A DNA stretch of 64,000 nucleotides from Octopus sinensis (Eukaryota): positions 3,658,001-3,722,000 of the forward strand of contig NC_043015.1 in NCBI RefSeq assembly GCF_006345805.1, in the 5' to 3' direction. A program made the position numbers and the translations under genes. The notes beneath the pieces were generated by a model, which was not told the origin of the DNA, searched no databases, and was given only the letters and a program-made list of their open reading frames with translations. Shown in pieces: positions 30,061-42,530 of the stretch (position 1 is its first letter; every line of letters starts with the position of its first letter).

Positions 30061-33000
30061 ATACTATAAACAAAATGATTATATATTGAATTTTGAGATA
30101 TAGAAGGCACCAACTCAACTCAGTATCAGAGCGAGCTAGAATCCGCAACTAGTATCACTAAATTCAAAGTGTGAGTGAAAAGATTGTGTCACCAGCCCCT
30201 TCCCACCCGCGTGTAGCCAAAACAAGATGCTGTGGTCATCTACTGAGATAAAATATGGTTATCCGTAATAATGAAGGGTGAAATTAATTAATTTGGAATA
30301 ATTATCAATTACACCAAGTAGTCTCGGCATGTAAAAGCCTCATTCGAGGAAAATTTAAGTAATAATACTAAGCAATAAAGGGTTAGCAACGGATTGCCTT
30401 ACCACATACCGAATTTAGAAATAGCAGTCAAAGAGTTATAGCTATTTCTTCTACTAAAAAGGGAGATCTCAGTAAAAACAGCAATTGGAAGGCAGACACA
30501 AACAGGTAAGAGAGAATGAATTGACGGCAATCTATCATACAATTTTAAGTTATCTACGGACGTACGTTTCGAAATCATGTGTTCAGGGACTGTATGCATG
30601 TATATATGTACGTGAGGTGTTTCGCATGGGGAGAACATTTCAATAAGGATTTATCCGTTGTTCATAGATATATATTCTTTCTCTTTCTATTCGTTAATTT
30701 CGGTAAGTACATTTGATACACTATGTAGTATCATCATTGTGGCACATGTAGAAAGAAAAAAATGGTTTAATCTGCTGTATGCATATATTTCCAAGTGCTT
30801 CCTCAGCAACATTTTTCGTAATATTTTGTTTAATATATTTATCTGTGGATACTTTCACGTTGACAAAGAGTATTAATGGTTTCACGAATATAATATTCTT
30901 ATCAATTGGGGCATGTTATGCCTTATAGGAGATTTTCATCTTGCAGGAGAGCAGAATTTCCCATAAAAATTTAAAAAATAATAGAATCATATAGTTGATG
31001 GGACTCATACAATAGAGGGCACTGAAAAAGAAAGTTGAAGGAAATTCAATTCTGTTTATCAAAATACATAATCTAAGAGTAACCAACATTATAAAAACTA
31101 ACATAGCAGTGCTCTAACAAAACCCCGTAATGAAAAACAAATTAGGAAACAGTAAACGCCAGTCGAGATATCTTCAATATCATCTTCAAGGGTAAAACGT
31201 ATACCACAGGGAAGTTCAGAATACGCAATGAAGGAATTTGCAGATAACAGAAATGCAGCCTGTAGCATCAAGGACAGAAAAACATATTTGTTCATCGGTT
31301 TCTATAAAAGTTTAATCGTAGATTATCCCTCCAAGTAAATGCAGGTATGGAATGCCTGACTTTCATATAATGCATAAACTGTCCTTATTAATTAGAAAAT
31401 AATATAGACGAAGCCAATAATTTCCTTTTCCGAATAGAGCGGCTCCACTGACAACACATCAAACGTATGTAATCATGCAAGGTGTCTGCAATATGTAAAA
31501 ACAGTAGATTCATGATCTTTCAATTCACAAGTTCCTAAGGAATGAGCCAAGTTCTGGAAGACTGGGGCCACATTTTATCAAACGATTTTGACCTAATAAA
31601 GAAAAGAAAATATTCCTGAATACATGAAAAATCCTTATTAGTATATTCTCACTGCTGTAAAGATTGTTACCTAGTAAAGAAAAGAAAATATTCATTAATA
31701 TACGAAAACAATCTTTATTAGTATATTCTCATTACTGTAACTAAAGTAATAAAAAGATTTACTTTAGTAACCAACACACAACACATAACACACACTAAAA
31801 TGCATACTATTAAGCGTATACGCGCCCACACACGCTACCACATTCAAACAACCACACACACTCAAACGCACGTTTCAAAACTTCCCAAAACAATTTTCAT
31901 CGAGTCTATTTTATGCAGTAGAATAAATTGACAAATAATATAAAATATAATGACTAAATGAAAATTGATCAATTAAACTGTCATTAACTTCAAGCAGCCT
32001 AGAGAAAAGAATTCATTATATAGCTGAGAAGTAAATGCATAATGTAATTTCAGCAATTTCAGAAGAAGACAAAAACATCGGATCTCTTGTTCATACATTT
32101 TATCCATCATCTTTCTTTTTTTCTTTTTTCCTTCCTCCTATAACAGAACATGCTACAAGTTACCAGACACATACTTACACAAATACGTATATACACACAA
32201 CTATGCACACATATATAGCCACATATAGATACAAAAATAGTGTCCCTACTTAATTTAACCCTAGATAATTTCTGCTAATTCTCACATATGTAAAGGGATA
32301 CCTTTCTGTAAAATGTCATTTATGAAGAATGTCAGAAAAGAGACGAAAGTGATAAATAACTAATTCACCCAGATATGGATTATCTAATTTTTGTTAATAT
32401 ATAAAAATTTTCCTCTACTTCAAACAGTCGTAAGATACATACATATATACCAAGACAAAAAACACACACACCCACTCAAATATATATATATATATATTTG
32501 GAAAGCATATATTTAATTGATAGACAACAAACGAACATTAAATAAATAATCTGCAAGAAAGTCTTAAGATTTAAAGAACTGTCGTTTGGAAGTTTGTGTG
32601 GTACCTAATAGACTGTGCCCTAATATAAATGGAGGTACACAATGAGCCTTCAGTGCAGAGTAAACCAAAGGTTGCGTGTTGTCGAGGGTTATTGCTAGTA
32701 TTTTGATAACAATGATTTTCGAGAACTTCATTATTATCCCGTTCTATAGTACATCAGATGTGCGGCGATACAACAGGGACAATGAACAAAACAAGTTGCT
32801 CTCCTTCAAACACTTGCCAACACGAGTTTGGCCGGTTGAAATTTATTCTAAATTAAAAAGAGACAGAGAACATACAAGCATACATATATGCAAAGAGGCA
32901 TTCAGACAGACAGGCATAGAAAGTGACAGGCTGATACGTTAGAATGTATTCACTTTGGGATTTGTGATATCTTTCTTCCAAAATCTACGTGTAACAATTT

Positions 33001-33625
33001 GTCTTTCTATAGGGAAATTTGTATGTAAAGATTTAGATGTCAATATAGGGATTCAATGCGTGTCAAATTATTTGCCGGTCTAATAATACTGAAATAACAC
33101 AGTATCTATTACGTGTGTAACCTAGTGACATAGATAGTTTCTGGACAACAATTTAAAATCTTACCTACTTTTCTTTGATTTTCTTTTGCATAAATAACTG
33201 TTTCTAGATTTTGTTTCTTTTAATAACAGTTTTCCGTAAGACTTGATCCCCGAATGTCTTCCTCGCAACATCCCTATACACAAATTTGATTGTTTTTAAA
33301 GGTGTGGTATCAATATTCGTTTGGCCATATTGTTTCTTGCTAGTTTTTTTCTCTTTTCTTTCTTTCACCTATTTTTCAATCCCGGGAGTTATATTGACAC
33401 AGTTATAACAACAAATATTTTAACGAATTTTGGCCAATTCTAAGCCATTCAACGAAAGGTGTGTATTATCATTATCACTTTTGGTATTCTTATTAATATA
33501 ATTTTTACTGATGATTTGAAAGTTCTTATATTATTCGTGTAATTACATGTATATTGAAATCTTTACATGCGTACAAGTGTGTGTATACATATGACTGTAG
33601 ATATGCACGCAGAAATATAGATATG

Positions 33626-33694
<69 letters not shown>

Positions 33695-34245
33695 TCAGAT
33701 AAAGGATGAAATATAATTAACTTAATAAAATCAATAAATATCACCTAGTAGTATTTCGGTATAGAAAAGGACCATATTCGGTAAAAATTTATATAATTAT
33801 AATAATAAGGTTTTTTGCAACAAGTTGCTTAAACCACATACCGAAAATATTAGAAATAGCAGAGATTTTGGAGGGAGATACGAATTCGCTGGTCTATATA
33901 AATGTGGTTATGCTAGTGGACTTTTGTATCTTTCGATGTCGCTTGATCGAAAATATAAAAAGTAATTTTCCCTAGCATTTCTAGATTTGTGGGAAATATT
34001 ACGTTGATAAGGAAATGAACTATACGATTCTACTCCTGAAACGTGCGTCCATAATTAACCCGTAGAATGTGTGATTTCGTTGTTTTTCTTCTTCTTTTAC
34101 CATATGTGAGTTACAAATATTGTTGCTTGTGCAGACTTATTTTTGTAGTAAAAGAAATAGTAGTCCTTTGACTGCTATTTCTAATATTTTCGGTATGTGG
34201 TTTAAGATACTTGTTGCAAAAACCCTTATTATTATAATTATATTA
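33695..34245 (+). mobile_element. Diverged relative of the 590-nt element with a 5' inversion (72-bp inverted arms) and a degenerate HHR
   Basis: 33791-33862 is the reverse complement of 34172-34243 (3 mismatches). HHR-like ATTACG TTGATAA GGA...TCCT GAA ACGTGCGT C CATAAT at 33998-34055. Module ctttgactgctatttctaa...cggtatgtgg is shared with the array. Flanked by (TA)n on both sides. Confidence 0.7.
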
Positions 34246-34258
34246 CATATATATATAT

Positions 34259-34311
<53 letters not shown>

Positions 34312-34479
34312 CAAGGTTAAACATCATTCTAAGGTGTAGAAAATATCCGATGAATAACCTGTTTGTTACCTATTATTTCGTTGTGAATTGTAATAATCCT
34401 AAAATAATAGATTTAAATATAGATCTTGGTTTATAGATATTCAAATTGAAATCCAGAAAATGGAGAATTAGTGTTAACA

Positions 34480-34898
34480 AACTGCCTACCTCTTCCTGAC
34501 CACCAAAAAGCAATTGTCTTCTAATTTACCTAAGATCCCATCCCATATATCTGTTTCTATTCATTTATTCTATTTATTCATTTATTTATTTTCTCACTGA
34601 TTCTTCTCATTTCAAAAAACACTCTGGCCTTTTGACCACTCCCCTAAGAACAATAGCTTGTGCCCTGTTTATTTCCTAAATACCAACCTACCCAAAAAAC
34701 CTCCCCCAACATCACCCCATTAAATCTGCCTAAGTGCATAAATACTAGAACTTATTTTGACAGCCAGCTTCCTGAAGATTTCATCTAAATGAAACAGTTC
34801 TAGTCCTGTAGAAGCTCCTTCTATAAAATAAATTACTTTACTCTGCTATGTATTGAGTACCTTATTTACTGTGGTTAACCCCGACTCAACCCGGGACC

Positions 34899-34900
<2 letters not shown>
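34480..34900 (+). mobile_element. Penelope-type terminal repeat (pLTR-like) ending in (TA)n
   Basis: Contains the HHR at 34766-34816 and an AATAAA at about 34827; abuts (TA)n at 34901. 5' boundary uncertain. Confidence 0.55.
34766..34816 (+). ncRNA. Type I hammerhead ribozyme (core intact, weak stem II)
   Basis: AGCTTC / CTGAAGA / TTTCATCTAAAT / GAA / ACAG ttctagtc CTGT / A (GUA, 34810) / GAAGCT. 6-bp stem I, 4-bp stem III. Confidence 0.75.
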
Positions 34901-35409
<509 letters not shown>

Positions 35410-35689
35410 ACAAACTAAAGAGTCTTTTTAAACTCTGCTATTACTATCATATATACGGATATACATCATCTTTCAGGTTCTCTTCAAAATTTATTGAATC
35501 TCATCACTAACCTTCGGGTGCTATGGGAAATTCCTTTCTGACGCATCAGTGACACCGGAAATTCGAATAGGCAACGATAGTGCAACATTTCTGTATGCAC
35601 CGTATTATATTCTCCTTTTTTCTGTTATCGGAAAGATATATACGCAAAAGAGACACAACGTTACATAGACAGAAACACCTACATATAAT

Positions 35690-35880
35690 GAATATATATA
35701 AAGGGAAAGTTTACCAAAATAAACAAAAGACGAAGGCAGGTCGTGTACAAAGAAACATATGTATTAGTATAACGCTCAGGAATAGAAAAAAGTATTTTAC
35801 GTTTCGAGCCTATGCTCTTCTACAGAAAGGTACCCGGAAAAAACAAGAACAAATGTCTGTAGTAGCTAACGATCTATACA
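35690..35880 (-). mobile_element. Penelope-type terminal fragment with a minimal hammerhead-like motif at 35795-35828 (A6 replaced by U)
   Basis: Minus strand TTT CTGTAGA A GAGC atag GCTC GAA ACGT A AAA; homologous to 25470-25690. Confidence 0.6.
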
Positions 35881-37429
35881 TATATATATGTATGTATGTA
35901 TATTTGAGATTCAAATGAAGTTAGGTAATTAACTTGAGACACCAAAACTAGTGCAGAATTATCCGTACAGTTTCAAATAAGTTGAATAAAATCAAAGTAA
36001 GCTAAGGGTTATTCAGAGGGGACGCACAATATCGATTCAAGCGGCTCCATTTAAATAAGCAATACAATCATTGCATCAGATTAAATGCAGAGCTATCCTC
36101 AGCTGCATAAAGAAAGAAACAATTATAATTTATTTAATAAGTCGGACACATTTGTATAATTTTACCTAAGACAGACAACTCCACGGTGTATTCACTTCAG
36201 CATGAGGATAGATCTGCATTTAACTATGATGTAATGATTGCATTGTTCAATTCATTTGGAGTTGCTTCAAGCGATCGTACTGCATCACCTCTGGATATCC
36301 TGGTGCTTATTTTGATATATACATACATACACAGACACAAACAGACATACACACACACACACACTCACACACACACACACATATATATATATATAAATAT
36401 TAATATACATATATGTGTGTATGTATATATATGTCTAAAATTTAAAATAGGTACTTAAAGAAAACCTACAAACAGACTGACTAATATTTACCGCCAAATC
36501 TAATGCGAACTGAGCAAAATATTTTTGTTAGGAGGTGACATACATCTTCCTGTTCATACGTGGAAATCGACGTTCCCGCAGGTCGTGTCACTTCCCTGCG
36601 CTCACATCTACAATACAGACTTGTAACACATGCTCATCAGATTTTCGGTTTCCCTGTTTGAATCAATCAGAGATTGTCAGGTAAATCGGCTAATAGTTTT
36701 TCTCTAAAACTCTTTCCGTTCATTAGTTGTAGTGAAACTAGGATATAAATGGGTTATCACATTGGGGATCTATAGTAAATCTTATACTCAGTGGTTGTTT
36801 GTTAAACCGCAAAGAAACCTTACTTGTTGTGGCATTTACTAACTTGAAAAGCGTTACATATATTGTTGTTTTTAATTTCTAAATCCATGTTTCTTCTTAA
36901 TTTACCTTCTCATGCTCCACCGACCCCATTGTTGTCCGTTGCCGGTGGCATTTCTGGTCTGTCTTACACCAATTTTTGTGACATAAATATTGACGGAATA
37001 AAATATTTCCTCATGTGATTTGACACGCATCGGTACAATGGTAGAATTGTTTACTGTCGAAACAGGTTTGATGTATACTAGTAGGAGTTCTCAAATGCCG
37101 TTCCAAATTTGAAAATACAGATTTGCTTCGGAATAGAATGCCTACACTGTACTCCATTATCCAGTGACTTCTGTTACAAATCAAAATCAATTGAGTGAGA
37201 TTGGACTAACATACACTTTGTGTATGGATGGAAGACATAGCAAATACTTGAGAGATTACAAATATAGATATATGTATAAAGCAGATTGTGAAGCCTAGAT
37301 TTTATGGTGAAAAACGGTATTTCGTTTGTTTAATAGCGATAATCTGTTATTTCATATTCATGATACCTTATTCTTGAGAAATAAATAGGACACATCGGAT
37401 TTAAGGGTGCAGAAAACAGAATTCTTAGT

Positions 37430-38187
37430 CATTATTTCTACTCTAGGCGTAAGGCCTTGGAAAGTTTGGGAGGAAGGGGGATAGTCAATTACATCGACAC
37501 CGGTACGAAACTGGTACTATTTCATCGACCTCGAAAGAATGAAAGACAAATTCAACTTCGGCGGAATTTGAAGTAAGTACATAGCGGCAGATGAAATACC
37601 TATTTCTTTACTACCCACAAGGGGCTAAACACAGATAGGACGAACAAGGACAGACGATCGGAATAAATCAATTAAATCGACCCCGGTTCGTAACTCGTAC
37701 TTATATAATCGACTCCGAAAGGATGGAAGGCAAAGTCGACCTCAGCGGAATTTGAACTGTGAATGTAATGGCAGACAAAATACCCTTTGCTTTACTACCC
37801 ACAAGGGGCTTAACTCAGAGAGGACGAAGAAGGACAGACAAACGGATTAAGTCGATTATATCGACCCCAGTGCGCAACAGGTACTTATATAATCGACCCC
37901 GAAGGGATGAAAGGCAAAGTCGACCTCGGCTGAATTTGATCTCAGAACGTAGCGGCAGACGGAATACCTATTTCTTTACTACCCACAAGGGGCTAAACAC
38001 AGGGAGGACAAACAAGGACAGACAAAGGGATTAAGTCGATTAAATCGACCCGAGTGCGCAACTGATAATTATCTAATAGAACCCGAAATGATTAAAGGCA
38101 AAGTCGACCTCGGCGTAACGTAACGGCAGACGAAATACCGATAAGCATTTCGCCCGGCGTGCTAACGTTTCTGCCAGCTCGCCGCCG
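37430..38187 (-). mobile_element. Head-to-tail tetramer of the tRNA-derived SINE (2588-2820 family)
   Basis: One head (GGCGGCGAGCTGGCAGAAACGTTAGCACGCC ending 38187) followed by internal units with junctions near 37968, 37783 and 37600; the last unit has a different tail. Confidence 0.9.
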
Positions 38188-38624
38188 TAAAGAAATAGAA
38201 ATGGAAATCTTAATAACGCGAAACCATTCTTTGTGTTTCCAGACTGCTTCTATATTTAGCAAATCGATAGATTTATCATAGAAAATGTAATTATTTAGAA
38301 GACATTATGTAGTCCAAATGAGTGCAGCTACAACCGTTATATATATTACATTACGCTTTTGTTTATAATTTCATTTCAGGTTTTAACCCGAAATGCGTCA
38401 CATGTCACTTGAGTAAATAACGAAATCGACTTCACACTCATCACTCATTTAGATGCGTTAGAAACTTTTTTAACACCAAGAACTAAATGCAAATCGAATT
38501 TGTATACATAAAACAACGATTCTGAAATAATGTTAATCATAGGTCATACTTTCATGCAAAGCCTCCAAAAATATGTTTTACAGCAATGCGTCTCCATGAC
38601 TGTTGCACAGCGACAGAAAATGGT

Positions 38625-39005
38625 GGCGCAATGGCCCAATGGTTAGGGCAGCGGATTCCCGGTCGGAGGATCGCGGTTGCGATTCCCAGACCGGGCGTTG
38701 TGTGTGTTTATTGAGCGAAAACACCTAAAGCTCCACGAGGCTCCGACAGGGGATAGCGGCGACCCCTGTTGTACTCTTCCGCTCCAACTTTCTCTCACTC
38801 TTTTTGCCTGTTTCTTGCCCCCGAGTTCCTACGCAACCGCTGGGACTGGATGCGCATTCAGCCATCCGTCGATGCTCTCGCTGTCGAGGGTTGACCTGCA
38901 TTCCCTTCTGCGGGTCTTACGAAAAGCAAAGACCACGTTTCGGACTTCTCCCTCTTGCGAGCTCTGGGACGAGAGCGCTTTGCTCAACAACAACAGCAAC
39001 AGCAA
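38625..39005 (+). mobile_element. Apparently full-length tRNA-derived SINE with (CAA/CAG)n tail
   Basis: GGCGCAATGGCCCAATGGTTAGGGCAGCGG (A box) ... GGTTGCGATTCCC (B-box-like), GC-rich body, and caacaacaacagcaacagc tail. Probably an octopus OR-type SINE (from memory). Confidence 0.85.
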
Positions 39006-40416
39006 GTAGAACGGCGTTATATATTACCATTTTTCTCATTCTATAAATTAAAATATGTATAAGAAGAATTGGAATAGGAGCACTGAGTAAACACTGAGTA
39101 TATACCATTCACAAACATGAAGGTTATTCTTGTATTTCAATCAGATATCATCGACGTACGTGTCGCCGTACAGCACGATTGAACAGTGAGTCAGACAGAA
39201 CGAATCCACTGTAATCTCGATAATTGTTATGTGTGCAAGCGACCAAATGTTTTTGAAGCAAAAATATATATGCCTCCCATGTCAGTGCACCGACAGTAAT
39301 GCAAAGATAAAGCGGAACAATGCAATGCTTTGGATGTTTCCGTTTCTATTCATGAAATGAAAATGAATTAATAAAATAAATAAAAAATGTAAATATATTA
39401 ATATTGATGTTATAAATAAATTGTAGAAATGGAGACTGGGAAGTAATTAATTACAGCAAGAAATAATTCTCGTGAAGAATAAATATGCAAAGACACAAAG
39501 TTCGTTGAGATATGAGACAGCATTAAAAACAGATTCTATAAATATGCAAATATTAATATATTCGATGTGTTCATCTCATTGTGAGGATAAAAAATAATTG
39601 CGTATTTGTCTTTCTTCACCTTCTTATTGTTTTTCAAAATATTATCATGCACCAGTTAACTGCATATTAGCGATATTGATTGATACTGATAAAGATATAA
39701 TTGATATATGCAAACACACTGGCATGCGCACTGATGCACATTATATATGCGCAAACATGCGCCAGCAAACACAGGAGCTCAGATATTCCTATACGTATGC
39801 ATATATGTGTATATATTTTTGTATGTGGCTATTAATGTAATCAGAAAAATTCTCTTCTTAACAAACTCTGGCTCGTAAACAATGTATGATGAACATAAGA
39901 TATACGAAGACGTTAATCTGTAAATAAACGGGGCGTGTATAATTCCACTGTGTCTCCATAATTATTTAGATTAGCCTGAAGTATATTGTTTTATTCGCAA
40001 ATCTACTGAGGCGTCACGATATAATCCAGTTTCCTTGTCATGCTTAACCTAGTGAAATGGCATCTGAATGTCGGAGCAATTAACACTTTTGCTTGATCAA
40101 AATATATTTTACTTCCATAATCGTTGTCTTAAGGCGAGTTAATAGACTATGATATTTCTCAATGTCGTGATGCTGAAAATACTCTTCTTCTGATTAAATA
40201 TATGTTGTAATGGAAAAAGAAATTCTACACTGGAAATTATATGCAGGTGATAATGACGTTCAGAGAACATTAAGATATGCGGTGTTTCTTTTGCCGTACA
40301 ATGTGAATACAATTGTATATCCGTAAGCACATATAAATTCTCAAATAGATTGATTTGCAGTTAAATTTACATGGATAATACATAGAGTAAATATCTTTCG
40401 AAGGGGATATTGTAAT

Positions 40417-40595
40417 GGCGCAGGCATGTCTGTGAGGAGAAGTAGTTTGCTAGAAGAGCCGGTATTTATCTATGATTGAGAAACACCCTTTCATTTCAAG
40501 TGGCGTGAGTTTTAGTCCCACTGAGCGGAACTTTGATCATGTACCTTCTACTATATTTACGGTAAGACCAAAACATTTTGAGAGAAATTGGTCAA
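40417..40595 (+). mobile_element. Degraded 5' part of the microsatellite-containing SINE family
   Basis: ggcgcaggcatgtctgtg ... agtagtttgc ... ttagtcccactg ... cttctactat matches the heads at 58962 and 61000. Confidence 0.5.
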
Positions 40596-41476
40596 GTGAA
40601 AATTTTCAAAGACCATCATAAATACACATAACGTGTCCATACATATACATTGTTAACGTGTCCATACATATACTGGTAGGATGAGATGAAGCATAGCTTT
40701 ATCCAGATATAATTTTCATAAGGCCAGTATGATAGTTAGGGTGCACTCTTCAGAATCTCATTTTGTTCTGTGCATCCCACACTTTTGTAAACCACTTTTA
40801 CCCAATATGATAAAGTGACACACATTTATATAAAGAAGTGCTACATGTTATATAATATAAAGCTCGCCTCAAAGACAAATGAAACACGATTACCGCGAAA
40901 AATATTATAGCACACCACAATAATTCAAACCTCATATAGCGGTATTACTACCAACACTCAAAACGCATACGAGAAAAGTTTTGCTTACAAAACCCAAGCA
41001 GTATCCTACAAAACGGCAAAACAACAGAGAGAGGAAATATGTTTTGTGGCTTTTAAAACCAGGATATCGTAGTCCAATACTCTACGAACCATTCCGAACA
41101 TTCTTTGAAAATAACAGTAACCTATATCCTAAATGACAAGAAAGAAATCTCCGACTACTCACTAGTAGCACAATACAATATGTATATATATATATATTCT
41201 GAAAAGAAAACAAACGTAAATCCTTGGTAACGAATGGAAAAAAAATATAAAAAATTACAGAAAACATCAACTGGATATAGTAAACGATAAACAACACAAT
41301 TTTTAGATATATAAGAATGTAACATTCATGCGATGATGTATTACGCTAGATGGAAAAATAACATAGAACAACGATAATATTCATGATATTGGTAAGTGTA
41401 TTATACATTTTAAGCTTTCATTAAATACAGTGTAACGTGAAAATGAGACTTCCCATAATAATAGCTTTTACTACTA

Positions 41477-41494
41477 TTATTACTACTGCTGCTG

Positions 41495-41567
<73 letters not shown>

Positions 41568-41577
41568 TCATCATCAC
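41477..41577. repeat. (ACT)n/(GCT)n trinucleotide tract
   Basis: Directly visible. Confidence 0.95.
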
Positions 41578-42230
41578 TATTTTCCTCAACATCATTGCTG
41601 CGGTTGCAGTTGCATACGGCAGTCGGTAGAAATGATAAAAACAATTGAAATGAAAGAATAGAAGAAAATATAATGATATTAAGTAATATGTTCAGAGCTG
41701 AAACGCGGAAATGTCTAAAACATAAAATAAAAAATAACTGTAATTCTTCATTATCATTCCTTTTTTTTAACAGCATTGACGACAATACTAACGAAAATAA
41801 CATAAGCATTATCGTAACAGGAAAACAACATTTGCACAAGACATGGGAAAAATAAAGAAACGATACATGAAGAAAATGCAAAACATCAATGAATATATTA
41901 AAGTATTCCAGAGAGAAATTAAAATACATTTGAGAAAAAGATGGAAGTGAGCAATTAATTTAATAAACATGGCTGCAAGGTATGATGTTTTGTTATGAAT
42001 TTAAAATATTAGAAATATTTTATGTCAGAACAAAAATGTAGAAAACTGCTGAAAGAATACTGCATGTATGCATCTAGATGTCTATACTACACACAGCCTC
42101 ATATACACATATTCAAACAGCTGCATTTAAGATATATCGTGAATTATTTTGGACATTATTATGTATAACTATATATCTATATCTATGTATTTATCTATCT
42201 ATATATATATATATATTTATATATATACTC

Positions 42231-42346
42231 AAAAGTAAGCAACAAGAATGACTCCGGTAATTTGGTACAATTGTTTCGCACTACAACATTTTGTAGTGCG
42301 AAACAATTGTACCAAATTACCGGAGTCATTTTTGTTGCTTATTTTT
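42231..42346. repeat. Near-perfect palindrome (51-56-bp arms, 4-nt CATT loop)
   Basis: 42236-42286 is the reverse complement of 42291-42341 with one G/T mismatch. Confidence 0.95.
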
Positions 42347-42481
42347 TATTATAATCATCCCGCAAATTTTTATGGATAAATCCATACAAAATCCTGGTGC
42401 ATCTAAATTAAGTAACATATTCATTTGAATCTAAATTGTTGCGGAACACACACACACACACAGACACACACACACACACAC

Positions 42482-42530
<49 letters not shown>

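Larger units (their letters stand above)
29186..30577 (-). mobile_element. Tandem array (about 2.4 units of ~590 nt) of a non-coding, hammerhead-bearing retrozyme/Penelope-like element
   Basis: Near-identical units begin TACTAAGCAATAAAG at about 29186, 29775 and 30366; the third is truncated at 30577. No meaningful ORF. Each complete unit carries a type I HHR on the minus strand. Confidence 0.85.
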
